A DNA stretch of 63,303 bases, filler included, from Octopus bimaculoides (GCF_001194135.2; 5 parts of 4 records of this genome joined end to end with filler, not necessarily neighbours in it), one strand, 5' to 3'. Numbered from the whole stretch's first letter, positions 23,139 through 34,500 are shown. Program-made: numbers and translations. Notes: generated by a model not told the origin, from the letters alone.

Positions 23139-23286
23139 CATCGTTCCTTTCATGAGCATCGCCTCGGCTTCGGTAGGTAAACGGTAGCCGGGGCCCATCC
23201 AGGTGCAGTAGGCTTTCGCTTCATGGTAATTCACTTCGACCGGCCAATCTCTTGGTAAGGTGATCACATCAAACATGGCGCGGTAG
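23139..23286 (-). CDS. OvoA: OvoA exon, FGE-sulfatase-like domain: YRAMFDVITLPRDWPVEVNYHESESLLHLDGPGYRLPTEAEAMLMKGTM
   Basis: Acceptor gtatttgtag| and donor |gtatga. 148 nt. Contains WPVEVNYHE and the FGE-family YRLPTEAE motif; has an internal compensating indel pair (see findings). Confidence 0.92.
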
Positions 23287-24149
23287 CTACAAATACATTT
23301 ACATGGCTATACTATTGCTGGGGTGTCGAACAAAATGATTATAGTGTTTAGAATTTTTGATGGTCGGCGGTCTACGTTCAAATCCCTCCCTTGTCCAATT
23401 TTCTTTTCTTCACTCGGCATCGATTATCTAAGTGCCAGTTATATACTGGTGGGATAGACAGAGAAATTGATGGTAGCTTCCACTTTCAAATAGATGTATT
23501 AAGTATGAGAATCTGTCAGAACGTAAACATCCGGAGCAAATGCCGCTAAGCATTTTGTCCAGTGCGAATGCAAATCTGCTAGTTAGCTGTGTTGTTCTGT
23601 GAAATAATAACCCTTTCTTTATAGGCACAAGGGTTTGAAATTTGAGAGGAGTTGGCGAATTGATTATATCGACTTTAGTGCTTAACCGATACTTATCTTA
23701 TCACCGTCCAAGGATGAAGTGCAAAGTCGACCTCGGCAAAATTTGAACTCAGACCGTAAAGTCAGATGAAATGTTGTTATCCACTTTGTCCTGCGTGATA
23801 ACGATTCAGCACCTCAATTAATGATGGTTTCAAATTTTCGCACAGAGACAGCAATTTTTTAGGGGAAGGGTGAGACAGTTATATTGGCCCCCTAGTTTTT
23901 AACTGGTATTTATTTTATCGACCTATGAAAGAGATGAAAAGCAAATCCGACCTCGGCGGAACTTGAACTCAGAAGGTAAAGGCGGACGAAAAGCAGCGAA
24001 GCACTTTGTCCCGCTCGCTAACGATTCTGCCAGCTTGCAGCCATGCCGTCAATTAATAATTAAAATTAATAGAAACAAACAAAAATATCTTTTTTNNNNN
24101 NNNNNNNNNNNNNNNNNNNNNNNNNNNNNNNNNNNNNNNNNNNNNNNNN

Positions 24150-24472
24150 TTATTCTTTAGAAGCCTAGTACTTATTCTATCGGTCTCTTTTTGCCGAACC
24201 GCTAAGTTACAGGGACATAAACAAACCAGCATCGGTTGTCAAGCGATGTTGGGGGGACAAACACAGACACACAAACACATACACACATACATATATATAT
24301 ACATATATACGACGGGCTTCTTTCAGTTTCCGTCTACCAAATCCACTCACAAGGCTTTGGTCGGCCCGAGGCTATAGTAGAAGGCACTAGCCCAAGATGC
24401 CACGCAGTGGGACTGAACCCGGGACCATGTGGTTGGTAAGCAAGCTACTTACCACACAGCCACTCCTACGCC
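24150..24472 (-). mobile_element. SINE family 1
   Basis: Reverse complement of the 15607 copy, with a (CA)/(TA) tract at the same internal site. Confidence 0.9.
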
Positions 24473-24857
24473 TATATATTTATTTTTCCACAACCATCGG
24501 AACGCGAAGCGCTCCTCACGAACGCAGGTTCGTGAGATGGTTGTGATCTATAAAAAGTTTTCAGTAGGAACTGGAAAGAGACGTATGAATACGCAATGCG
24601 CATGTACACACTGAATTCGTAAAACGGAAGAGAAGAATAAAAACGCAATGCGGATGTCGAGATAAAACGAAAGAGAAGACAACCAGTTATATGATGGTCT
24701 GCATGCCACAACTATCGTGCAACTTTATTGCAATTTTCTTGTTATCTATTTATTTATTGTTATATTATTCATTTTTTGAGAACACATCAATATTTCAAAC
24801 ACGGCTACGTCATATTTAGATTGTCGAAATCGTTAGCATATCAAATGAAAGCGAATG

Positions 24858-24903
24858 CCTGAAACGAATACCGTACAGCATGCTGTACGGTATTCGTTTC
24901 AGG
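24858..24903. repeat. Perfect 46-bp spacerless palindrome
   Basis: cctgaaacgaataccgtacagca|tgctgtacggtattcgtttcagg. Confidence 0.95.
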
Positions 24904-25091
24904 ATTTTAAAACATTTTTGCATTCAAATCACGCTGAAGGATAAATCAGGCTATTTATCCTTCCAAGGTCGAAACATTGGTACCAGGCCTAACAGTTAGA
25001 AAATGTGAGGGTAATCGATTAAATCGATTTTAGTATTTGATTGAAACGTTTTTTTATCGACCTTGGAAGGATAAATAGTATCATTTATCCT

Positions 25092-25183
25092 TGAACTATG
25101 TTAAGTCAATTCTGCTCTCTTGGAAAAACTTGTATTATTTCTTAACAATTTCCAAGAGAGCGGAATTGACTTAACATAGTTCA
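25092..25183. repeat. 92-nt hairpin with 35-bp arms
   Basis: tgaactatgttaagtcaattctgctctcttggaaa (25092-25126) pairs with tttccaagagagcggaattgacttaacatagttca (25149-25183); the single difference is a G.U wobble on the plus strand. Confidence 0.92.
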
Positions 25184-26016
25184 CCGCAGGAAATTTTTGT
25201 TTAAACAATTTTTTTTTTTTTTGTAATATTAACATTTTTTCTATGGCGTTGAGCTGGCAGAATCGTTAAGATACTGGGAAAAACGTTTAGCGGTATTTCG
25301 TCCGTCTTTATGTTCTGAGTTTAAATTCCACCGAGATTGATTTGCCTTCCTTTCGGGATCGATATAATAAATACCAGTTGAGTACTGGGATCGATATAAT
25401 CGACTTATTCCCTCCCCAAAATTGTTGGACTTATATCAAAATTTGAACTCAGTAGACACAACAAAATTAGTATTAACAGTTGTGAATAAACCACTGACAA
25501 ACCCTGCCAAATCTCCTCCCCGCTTTTATTCCCACGAATCCTGGATAAATTTTCGCATACACTTTCAGTTGTACGAAGCCATATTGGTGACCATTGCTGT
25601 AGGCCAGCTTTTGCTGCTCAACTGAATATCATTGATATGCGATTTTGCTCAATCAGGACTGAACTGAATTTACAAAGTCACTGAAATATACAGCATTACA
25701 GTGAATGTGATTTTATATGATTAATATACTTTACAAGCATCCTCAAATAGTTCCTCAACTTGATTACTTACGCACACTTGCTTTACTCTTTTAATCTTCA
25801 TTGGATTTCAGCCATACTGGGGCACCTTAGTTTGAAAGTCTGGTGCAACAACAACAGCAGCAACAACAAAAACAATAACAAAAAAGAGTTTAAAGCTGAG
25901 TGAGTGTTATTGTCGTGTGTGTCTGTGTGTGTTTGTGTGTGTGTGTGTGTGTGCGTGCGTGTGTGTGCGCGTGTGCGTATGGTGCAAAATGAGCTGAGAG
26001 GTGATGTAGAGCTTAC

Positions 26017-26104
26017 CAGAATGTTGGTTCATTAAGTTCGTCACTCGAACGCAGCTGGCAATGAGTATAATTTGACAGAGTTTCACCACAACCACTTTTA
26101 CACC
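26017..26104 (-). CDS. OvoA: OvoA exon (most 5' exon visible): (G)CKSGCGETLSNYTHCQLRSSDELNEPTF(C), Cys-rich segment
   Basis: Acceptor ttttatgcttttag| and donor |gtaagc. 88 nt, phase 1 to phase 2, matching the phase-2 start of exon 23139-23286. Assigned by phase fit and position; I recall a CKSGCG segment in metazoan OvoA but did not check it. Confidence 0.75.
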
Positions 26105-26122
26105 CTAAAAGCATAAAAAGAA

Positions 26123-26163
<41 letters not shown>

Positions 26164-26177
26164 GAAACATACATACA

Positions 26178-27011
26178 CAGGGTGGAATGGGTAAATTGTC
26201 GCCATCTTATATTTTTAATTTCGCGCATGCCTATTGTTTGTTTGTTTTTGGTTTTCTCGACTACACAGTATAGTAGGGTCAGTTGGGCACCGTCTGTGAG
26301 AAAAAACAGCACCATGACGCAATTCACTCAACCAGAAATTGGGAAACGACATGCTGTACTGCTTGGCATTCGCGTCGGAAGCTCCAGAACGGACAGATGG
26401 TGAATCAGAACAACCGTTGGCTTGCCGTGTCCCAGAACATGTACCGAGAGTGATAAAAATCAAACATGTAGTCAACATCATGGTGTTTTGAGTGATTATT
26501 AGTGATGGCGACATTATGCCTCCGTTCATCTTCCCAAACGGCCTCAAACTCAACAAAGAGGCCTACATCAAGTGCCTGGAGGAGGTAGTGCCGCCCTGGG
26601 TCAAGAGGGTGGCTGCTGTAAGACTGTATATCTAGCAACAGGACTCTGCACCATGCCATACAAGCAGGAGAACCACATCCTCCTCAAACATCTGGCCACC
26701 TAACTCCCAAAACTGCAACCCCCTTGATTATTATGTGTGGGGCGAAGTTGAGCGAGAGACCTATAAAACCCCTTGTAACACCAAAGATGAATTGAAGACA
26801 AGGATTATGGTAGCATTCACCAACTTAAACAAGGAGACCATCCAGAACAGTTGCAAGAGATACCGAAATGGACTGGAGGCCGTGGTTGAAGCCAATAGCG
26901 ATTTTATTTCAAGACATTTTTATGTAATTTTGGTAAATATGGTTAAAATGAGATGCCAGTGTTATTTTTATCCTTGCATAATTTAGACGACAGTTTATTC
27001 CCCGCAGCCTG
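26178..27011 (+). mobile_element. Internally deleted Tc1/mariner element of maT-like (DDD) type
   Basis: N-terminus MTQFTQPEIGKRHAVLLGIRVGSS joined to NQNNRWLA, IMVF.VI.SDG..MPPFIF, QQDSAPCH, WPPNS..CNPLDY.VW; diverged cagg...taaa.tgtcg TIRs, right end followed by TA. Confidence 0.8.
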
Positions 27012-27021
27012 TATACATACA

Positions 27022-27075
<54 letters not shown>

Positions 27076-27119
27076 NNNNNNNNNNNNNNNNNNNNNNNNN
27101 NNNNNNNNNNNNNNNNNNN

Positions 27120-27131
27120 TTAATTAATTAA
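27120..27131. other. Artificial scaffold-join spacer
   Basis: TTAATTAATTAA (stop in all six frames) with 44 N on each side. Confidence 0.92.
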
Positions 27132-27175
27132 NNNNNNNNNNNNNNNNNNNNNNNNNNNNNNNNNNNNNNNNNNNN

Positions 27176-30017
27176 TAGCTTTACACGATGTAGAAGACAA
27201 CTGGAGGTTTCTACAGGACAACCTGCTGAGGGCCACTGACCAGATCTGTGGATGGTGCAAAGTCCCCTCTCGACCCAAAATAACGTGGTGGTGGAACAAT
27301 GTTGTTGACAGGGCTATTAGATAAAAGAAACAGGCTTGGAAGGACTGGAAGAACAGAGGTAGCAGGGAATTGTATCAGTCTGCCAGAAGGGAAGCTAGGC
27401 GGCAGGTTTATTTAGCCAGAGTGGAAGCAGATAAGACAAAATTTACCAATGTTCTGTGCTGTGAGGACCAAAGACTTCAGGTATTTTGTGTTGCAAGACA
27501 GTGTTTGAGAAAGAATCATGATGTCGTAGGAGAGAAATGTATCTGCATGGATGATGGTTCACTTGCACTAAACGTGACTACAAAGAGAGAGGTTTGGTGA
27601 CGCCACTATGAAAGTTTGCTTAATACAGAGAATGAATGGGAGAAAGAGAGCCTGCCGAATGTTGACCCAACAGAGGGACCAGCTATCCGAGTTGACAGGA
27701 CCATGGTAGATAAAGCAATTAAAAGTATGAAGACAGGGAAAGCCCCCGGCCCATCAGGAATCACTGCAGAGATGCTCAAAATATCTGGCAGTGTCGGCTA
27801 TAGCCTAGTCACCTGCATAGTTAACTAGGTGATACATGAAGCAGTCATACCCAATGACTGGTGTAGCAGCACCATAGTCAACTGTTACAACAGTAAAGGT
27901 GATGCTTTAGATATAAATAATTACAGATGTATCAAGTTGTTGGATCAGGTAATGATGGTCATGGAGAGGGTCATAGTCCAACTAATTAGGGAAAGAGTCA
28001 GTCTAGATGAGATGCAGTTTGGGTTTGTTCCAGGGAAAAGCACCACTGATACTATATTTCTGGTAAGACAGCTGGAGGAGAAATACCTAGCCAAAGATAA
28101 ACCTCTGTACCTGGCTTTTGTTGACATGGAGAAAGCCTTTGACAGGGTCCTCCGATCCCCTATCTGGTGGTCAATGAGGAAACTAGGGTTAGAAGAATGG
28201 TTAGTGAGAGCTGTGTGAGTCATGTACAGAGATGCTGTCAGTAAGGTGAGGGTTGGAAATGAGTACAGTGAAGAATTCCAGGTAGAGGTAGGGGTCCACC
28301 AAGTTTCAGTCCTCAGCCCCTTCCTATTTATCATAGTCCTCCAGGCAATAACAGTGGAATTGAAGAGAGGATACTCCTGGGAGCTCATCCATGTTGATTA
28401 CCTTGCGCTAATTGCTGAGACACTATCAGAACTAGAGGAGAAGTTTCAGGTGTGGAAGCAAGGACTAGAATCAAAGGGCCTAAGAATCAACCTAGCTAAA
28501 ACCAAAGTCCTAATAAGTAGGAAAGTAGACAAAACACAAACCCCTTCAGGTAGACGGCCCTGCTCGATCTGTAGAAAAGGCATAAGTGGAAACGCCATAA
28601 GATGTACCCAGTGTAAGCTATGGAAACATAAGAGGTGCAGCAATATCAAAGGAAGGTTAACTAGCAAGATAGTTTTTGTACGTGGCAGATGCTCAGGAAC
28701 AATAAACACTGAAAATGTGCAGAAAACAACTTCTGTCACATTCCAGGGAGAAAAAATAGAAGTAGTTGATAGCTTCCATTACCTAGGTGACCAAGTCAGC
28801 AGCGGGGGAGTGTGTACTGAAAGTGTAGCTGCTAGAATAAGAATAGCCAGTGCAAAATTCAGAGAGCTCTTACCTCTGCTGGTGATAAAGGGCCTCTTGC
28901 TCAGAGTAAAAGGCAGACTGTATGATGCATGTGTACAAACAGCCATGCTATGTGGCAGTGAAACATGGGCTGTGAATCCTGAGGACATGCGTAAGCTTGC
29001 AAGGAATGAAGCCAGTATGCTCTGCTGGATGTGTAATGTCAGTATGCATACTTGACAGAGTGTAAGTACCTTAAGAGAAAAGTTAGACCTAAGAAGCATT
29101 AGTTGTGGTGTGCAAGAGAGACGATTGCGGTGGTATGGTCATGTGGCGAGAATGGATGAGGATAACTGTGTGAAAAAGTGCCACACCCTAGCGGTTGAGG
29201 GCAACTGTGGAAGAAGTAGACCCAGGAAGACCTGGGATGAGGTGGTGAAGCACGACCTTCGAACATTAGGCCTCACCGAGGCAATGACTTATGACCGAGA
29301 CCTTTGGAAATATGCTGTGCATGAGAAGACCCAGCAGGCCAAGTGAGACCATAATCCAAGGCCTCTGCCAGGGGTGTAGTCAGCCCACTTATGCGAACCT
29401 TTCTTTCATTGGACACTAAACTCTGCTTGCGAAGTCCTGTTGAGGCAAGTGAAATCGAAATCGAACCAAATTCGACGACTGGCACCCATGCCAACCTTTC
29501 CTTTATTGGACACTAAACTCTGCTTATGTAGACCTGTTGGGGAAAGTGAAATCGAAATCGCAATTGAACCAAATTCGATGACTGGCACCTGTGCCAGTGG
29601 AGTGCTAACAGCACCGTCTGAGCGTGATCATTGCCAGAGCAGCTGCCTGGCTTCTGTGCCAGTGGCAAGTAAATAGCGCCATTTGAACATGATTGTTACC
29701 AGCGTCGCCTTACTGGCACGTGAAAAAACATTTGAGCGAGGTCGTTGCCAGTGGCGCTGGACTGGCTCCTGTGCAGGTGACACGTAAAAAACACTATTTT
29801 GAGCATGGCCATTGCCAGTATCGTCCGATTGGCCCTTGTGCCGGTGGCACGTAAAAGCACCCACTACACTCTTGGAATGGTTGGCATTAGGAAGGGCATC
29901 CAGGTGTAGAAATTCTGCCAGATCAGATTGAAGCCTAGTGCAGCCATCTGGTTCGCTAGTCCTCAGTCAAATTGTCCAACCCATGCTAGCATGGAAAGTG
30001 AACGTTAAACGATGATG

Positions 30018-30019
<2 letters not shown>
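27176..30019 (+). mobile_element. RTE-clade LINE, long but inactivated (RT, PHD-like Cys cluster, about 670-bp 3' UTR, (TGA)n tail)
   Basis: KSMKTGKAPGPSGI, QFGFVPGKST, AFVDMEKAFDRV, GVHQ.SVLSP.LF; catalytic YADD read as HVDY; RLRWYGHV.RM; several in-frame stops. 5' end is cut by the join. Confidence 0.92.
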
Positions 30020-30058
<39 letters not shown>

Positions 30059-31018
30059 NNNNNNNNNNNNNNNNNNNNNNNNNNNNNNNNNNNNNNNNNN
30101 NNNNNNNNNNNNNNNNNNNNNNNNNNNNNNNNNNNNNNNNNNNNNNNNNNNNNNNNNNNNNNNNNNNNNNNNNNNNNNNNNNNNNNNNNNNNNNNNNNNN
30201 NNNNNNNNNNNNNNNNNNNNATATATATATATATATATACACACATATATATATAAATTAGCACAATAAATATCTGATTAATAATATCGTTATCACAGCG
30301 GTGCGGTTGTGGTGGGCGATAATAATTCACCATTCTAAAAGCCCTGTGGCAGGAATATTTAAACTTCGAGAGAGCGAAATGTATTTTCAACTCAGTATAG
30401 TTATTTACTTTTTTATTCCTCTCCATTAAACACTGATGGTCACCAGTTTTTTTCATTGTATGTATGTATGTGTATACTTATGTAAGTTTTTATTTATGTA
30501 TGTAGGTACATGTATATATTTTAATACACTTGATTTGGCAGTTAATTCTAGGACATTAATTGCCACATAGTGGAAAACTGATGGCTGTAATCGCTTTCTC
30601 TCCATATAGAGAGACAGACGTACAGAGAGAGAGTGAGAGGCGGGGGGAGAAAGAGTGACCAAGAGATAGTGAAGACGGAGAGGGAAAGAGAGAGAATGGA
30701 AGCCGTCAGATTCCATTCTAGAGACAAAGTGAAGGGAAGGGAGGCAAGAGAGAGATTGAGGACGAAAGGCTGTTACATAGAAAGAGAAGAACACAAACAC
30801 TTGTCAAAGTCCATTATAAAGATGAGGAATTTTGCCCTAGATGCCACCCACGCCTTTCAATTGAGCAAACTCAAAGTTGCCATACAAACTCTCCAACACT
30901 TTTAACATAGGTGTGCAAATTTCAGTTCAATCCAGTCACATTTACTAACACTTTTGCCTGCACAACTGCTTGGGAGACAACATCTACCCTTTTAACAAAT
31001 ATATAGCAGATATATATA

Positions 31019-32297
31019 CAGGGATTGGATAAAATAATGGAAACACCTAGCATCATAGCATCATAATTTTGAAGTATCTATAAAACCATCAAAAGCTTGT
31101 TTATTTTTATGTTTTTTGTTGTATTATTAGTGTTGCTTAATATGTTTTGCTAAAATTGCTGTTTCTTTTCAGACATCATCAGAAACAGGTAATTGAAATT
31201 CATTAAAATGACAGATCTATTGTACTTTCAAAGAAGTCAAATTGTTGGTGCTTGTATGGCAGGCGCTAGCATAATGAAAACAGCTGAAATGTTTGGTGTA
31301 TCAAGAAGTACTGTCTCGAAAATAATGACAGCCTTTGAGAAAGAGGGATAAACCTCCTCGGCGAAACAAAACTCCGGAAGAAAACCAAAACTTTTGGATA
31401 GGGACCATCGGACTCTTACGCAAATTGTTAGAAAGGATCACAAATGTACAGCTCCCAAAATTACTGCAGAGCTTAATGACCACCTCGCAAACCCAGTTTC
31501 CACAGAAACTGTTTACTGGGAGCTGCACAAAGCTGGATTTCATGGGAGGGCTGCTATCAGGAAACCACTACTTTCAAAAACAAACATTGCAAAGTGTTTA
31601 GAGTGGAGTAAAAACCTACAGAATTGGTCCCTAGAGCAATGGAAAAATGTTATTTTCTCAGACAAGTCATCCTTTATCTTATTTCTGACCACCGGCGGCC
31701 GAATATATATGTGTAGAGACAGCCAAAAGAAGCATTTGACCCAGATTGCCTTCTTCCAACTGTTGACCTGGAAGATGATCTTTGATGATCTGGGATGGGG
31801 GCTATATCTTGGAAATCCACCAGCCCAATGGTTTCCCTTCATGGCAGAATTAATACTCAAGACTATTTAAGCATTTTTATCTGATTAAATTCATGCTATG
31901 CTTGCAGAACTATTTCCAGTGGGAAACGCAATCTTTCAGGATGATAATGCACCAATTCACACAGCTAAAGTTGTTACTGAATGGTACGAGAAAGATTCCA
32001 GTGAAGTTGAACATCTTATCTGGCCACAACGGTCCCCAGATCTCAATATTATTGAACATTTATGGTGCATTTTAGAAAAACAAGTAAGGAGACAATATCC
32101 TCCATCATCGTAACTACAAGAACTGGAGACTCTTTTAGCTGAAGAATGGACAAAAATTCCTTTGGAAACAATTCAAACTTTGCATGAGTCCATACCTTGT
32201 AGAATTCAAGCAGTAATTAGTGCCAAAGGCAGTCCTACCCCATAATAAAATAAATTTGTTTGAAATTTTAAGGTGTTTCCATTATTTTGTCCAACCC

Positions 32298-32300
<3 letters not shown>
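31019..32300 (+). mobile_element. Near full-length Tc1-like transposon, DD36E, transposase pseudogene at 31208-32245
   Basis: 30-bp TIRs caggg.ttgga.aaaataatggaaacacct, TA flanks, HTH region, GRKPKL, FSDKSSF, FQDDNAPIH-...-SPDLNIIE with 36 residues between D (31943) and E (32054); stops and frameshifts present. Confidence 0.93.
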
Positions 32301-32337
<37 letters not shown>

Positions 32338-32339
<2 letters not shown>

Positions 32340-33759
32340 TCATCATAACCATCATCATCATCATAATCATCATCATCATTTAACGTCTGCCTTCCATACT
32401 AGCAAGGGTTGGACAATTTGACTGAGGACTGGCGAACCAGATGGCTACACCAGGCTCCAATCTGATTTGTTTCTACAGCTGGATGCCCTTCCTAACGCCA
32501 ACCACTCAGAGAGTGTAGTGAGTGCTTTTACGTGCCACCAGCACGAATGTCAGTCAGGCGGTACTGGCAACGGCCACGCTCAAAATGGTGTATTTTACAT
32601 GCCATCTGCACAGGAGCCAGTCCAGAGGCACTGGCAGTGACCTCGCTCAAATGTTTTTTCATGTGCCAGTAAGGTAACGCTGGTAACGATCACACTCAAA
32701 TGGTGCTATTTACATGCCACTGGCACAGTTGCCAGACAGCTGTTCTGGCAATGATCACAGGTGCCATCACGATTTCGATTTCACTTGCCCCAACAGGTCT
32801 TCGCAAGTAGAGTTTAGTATTCAATGAAGGAAAGGTACGCATAAGTGGGCTGGCTACACTCCTGGCATAGGCCTCGGATTATGGTCTTACTTGGCTTGCC
32901 GGGTCTTCTCACACACAGCATATTTCCAAAGGTCTCGGTCAGAAGCCATTGCCTCGGTGAGGGTTAATGTTCGAAGGTTGTGCTTCACCACCTCATCCCA
33001 GGTTTTCCTGGGTCTACCTCTTCTACAGGTTCTCTTAACCACTAGGGTATGGCACTTTTTCACACAGCTATCCTCATCCATTCTCACCACATGACCATAC
33101 CAGCGCAATTGTCTCTCTTGCACACCACAACTGATGCTTCTTAGGTTCAACTTTTCTCTTAAGGTACTTACACTCTGTCAAGTATGCATACTGACATTAC
33201 ACATCCATCGGAGCATACTGGCTTCATTCCTTGTGAGCTTACACATGTCCTCAGCAGTCACGGCCCATGTTTCACTGCCACATAGCATGGCTGTTCGTAC
33301 ACATGCGTCATACAGTCTGCCTTTTACTCTGAGCGAGAGGCCCTTTGTCACCAGCAGAGGTAAGAGCTCTCTGAACTTTGCACAGGCTATTCTTATTCTA
33401 GCAGCTACAATTTCAGCACACCCTCCCCCACTACTAACTTGGTCACCTAGATAACGAAAGCTATCAACTATGTCTAGTTTTTCTCTCTGGAATGTGACAG
33501 AAGTTGTTTTCTGCACGTTTTCAGTGTTTATTGCTCTTGAACATCTGCCACATACAAAAACTAATTTCCTAGTTAGCCTTCCTTTGATATTGCTGCACCT
33601 CTTATGTTTCCATAGCTTACACTGGGTACAACTTATGGAGTTTCTACCTATGCCTTTTCTACAGATCAAGCAGGGCCATCTATTTGAAGGGGTTTGTGTT
33701 TTGTCTACCTTCCTACTTATTAGGACTTTGGTTTTAGCTAGGTTGACTCTAAGGCCCTC
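32338..33759 (-). mobile_element. 5'-truncated copy of the same RTE family
   Basis: Translations 33178-33795 and 32887-33150 closely match 28222-29346; same 3' UTR and (TGA)n tail. Confidence 0.92.
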
Positions 33760-33779
33760 CAACGAAGAGGAAAATTTCA

Positions 33780-34500
33780 TGAGAATTTTCTGCATATATC
33801 ATTCAGTATACCATCCTTTATCTAAATTTGTTTTCTTTGGTTCACCTGAGTTAATTCTGTTTGCTCATTTTTAAATCTCTGTACCAGTTTTCTTAATAAC
33901 TATCACACCAATGAGTGTGGTACACTGTCAAAAATCTTCTACAAATCTGTGAATGCCAGGCATAGTTGTTGATTTTTCGCCAAGAACTTTTACAGTAGTT
34001 ACACGAGAAAAAAAGGATTTGAGACAGCCCAATCCTTGCACAAAGCCCATATCACAATTTAAACTAAATTTTCTTCCAAATTGATGGTGCTCTCATTCTT
34101 TATGTTACCTTCATAACTTGGTCCATCAGTTCGATGATTCTGTAGTTACTTCTACTTAGAGCTTTCTCTTTGTTCATATAGTGAAGTCAATGAGAACAAC
34201 TTCTTCCTGTACAATCTAATTAACTAAGCAAATAACTAGCATGTGTTCTACTTTGCCACACATTTCCAGCATCTCAGAGTCTATCTCTAATGGTCTGGTT
34301 GCTTTTTGCACCTTCACATATCTCAATGGTCATTTCAACTATAGAACTCTCAACTTTACTTAGATTTACTTGAAGTACTCCATCTCTTTCCCATGAATTC
34401 ATCAACCTATCATTGTAGCATTTCCATGTCTTTCTGGCATCAGTGAAGGTGACTGCATCAATGATGTCCTGATTCCAACTGCACACTGCTTTGCAATACA
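33780..34500 (-). mobile_element. Old, decayed RTE-like RT remnant
   Basis: NYR.IELMDQVMKV and MGFVQG traces resembling NYRgIkLldqvMKv and QfGF.pG. Confidence 0.45.

Noticed and set aside
27176-33759. Convergent RTE copies enclosing the Tc1 element as a possible composite transposon
   Set aside because: LINEs do not move as composites; different truncation points indicate independent insertions.
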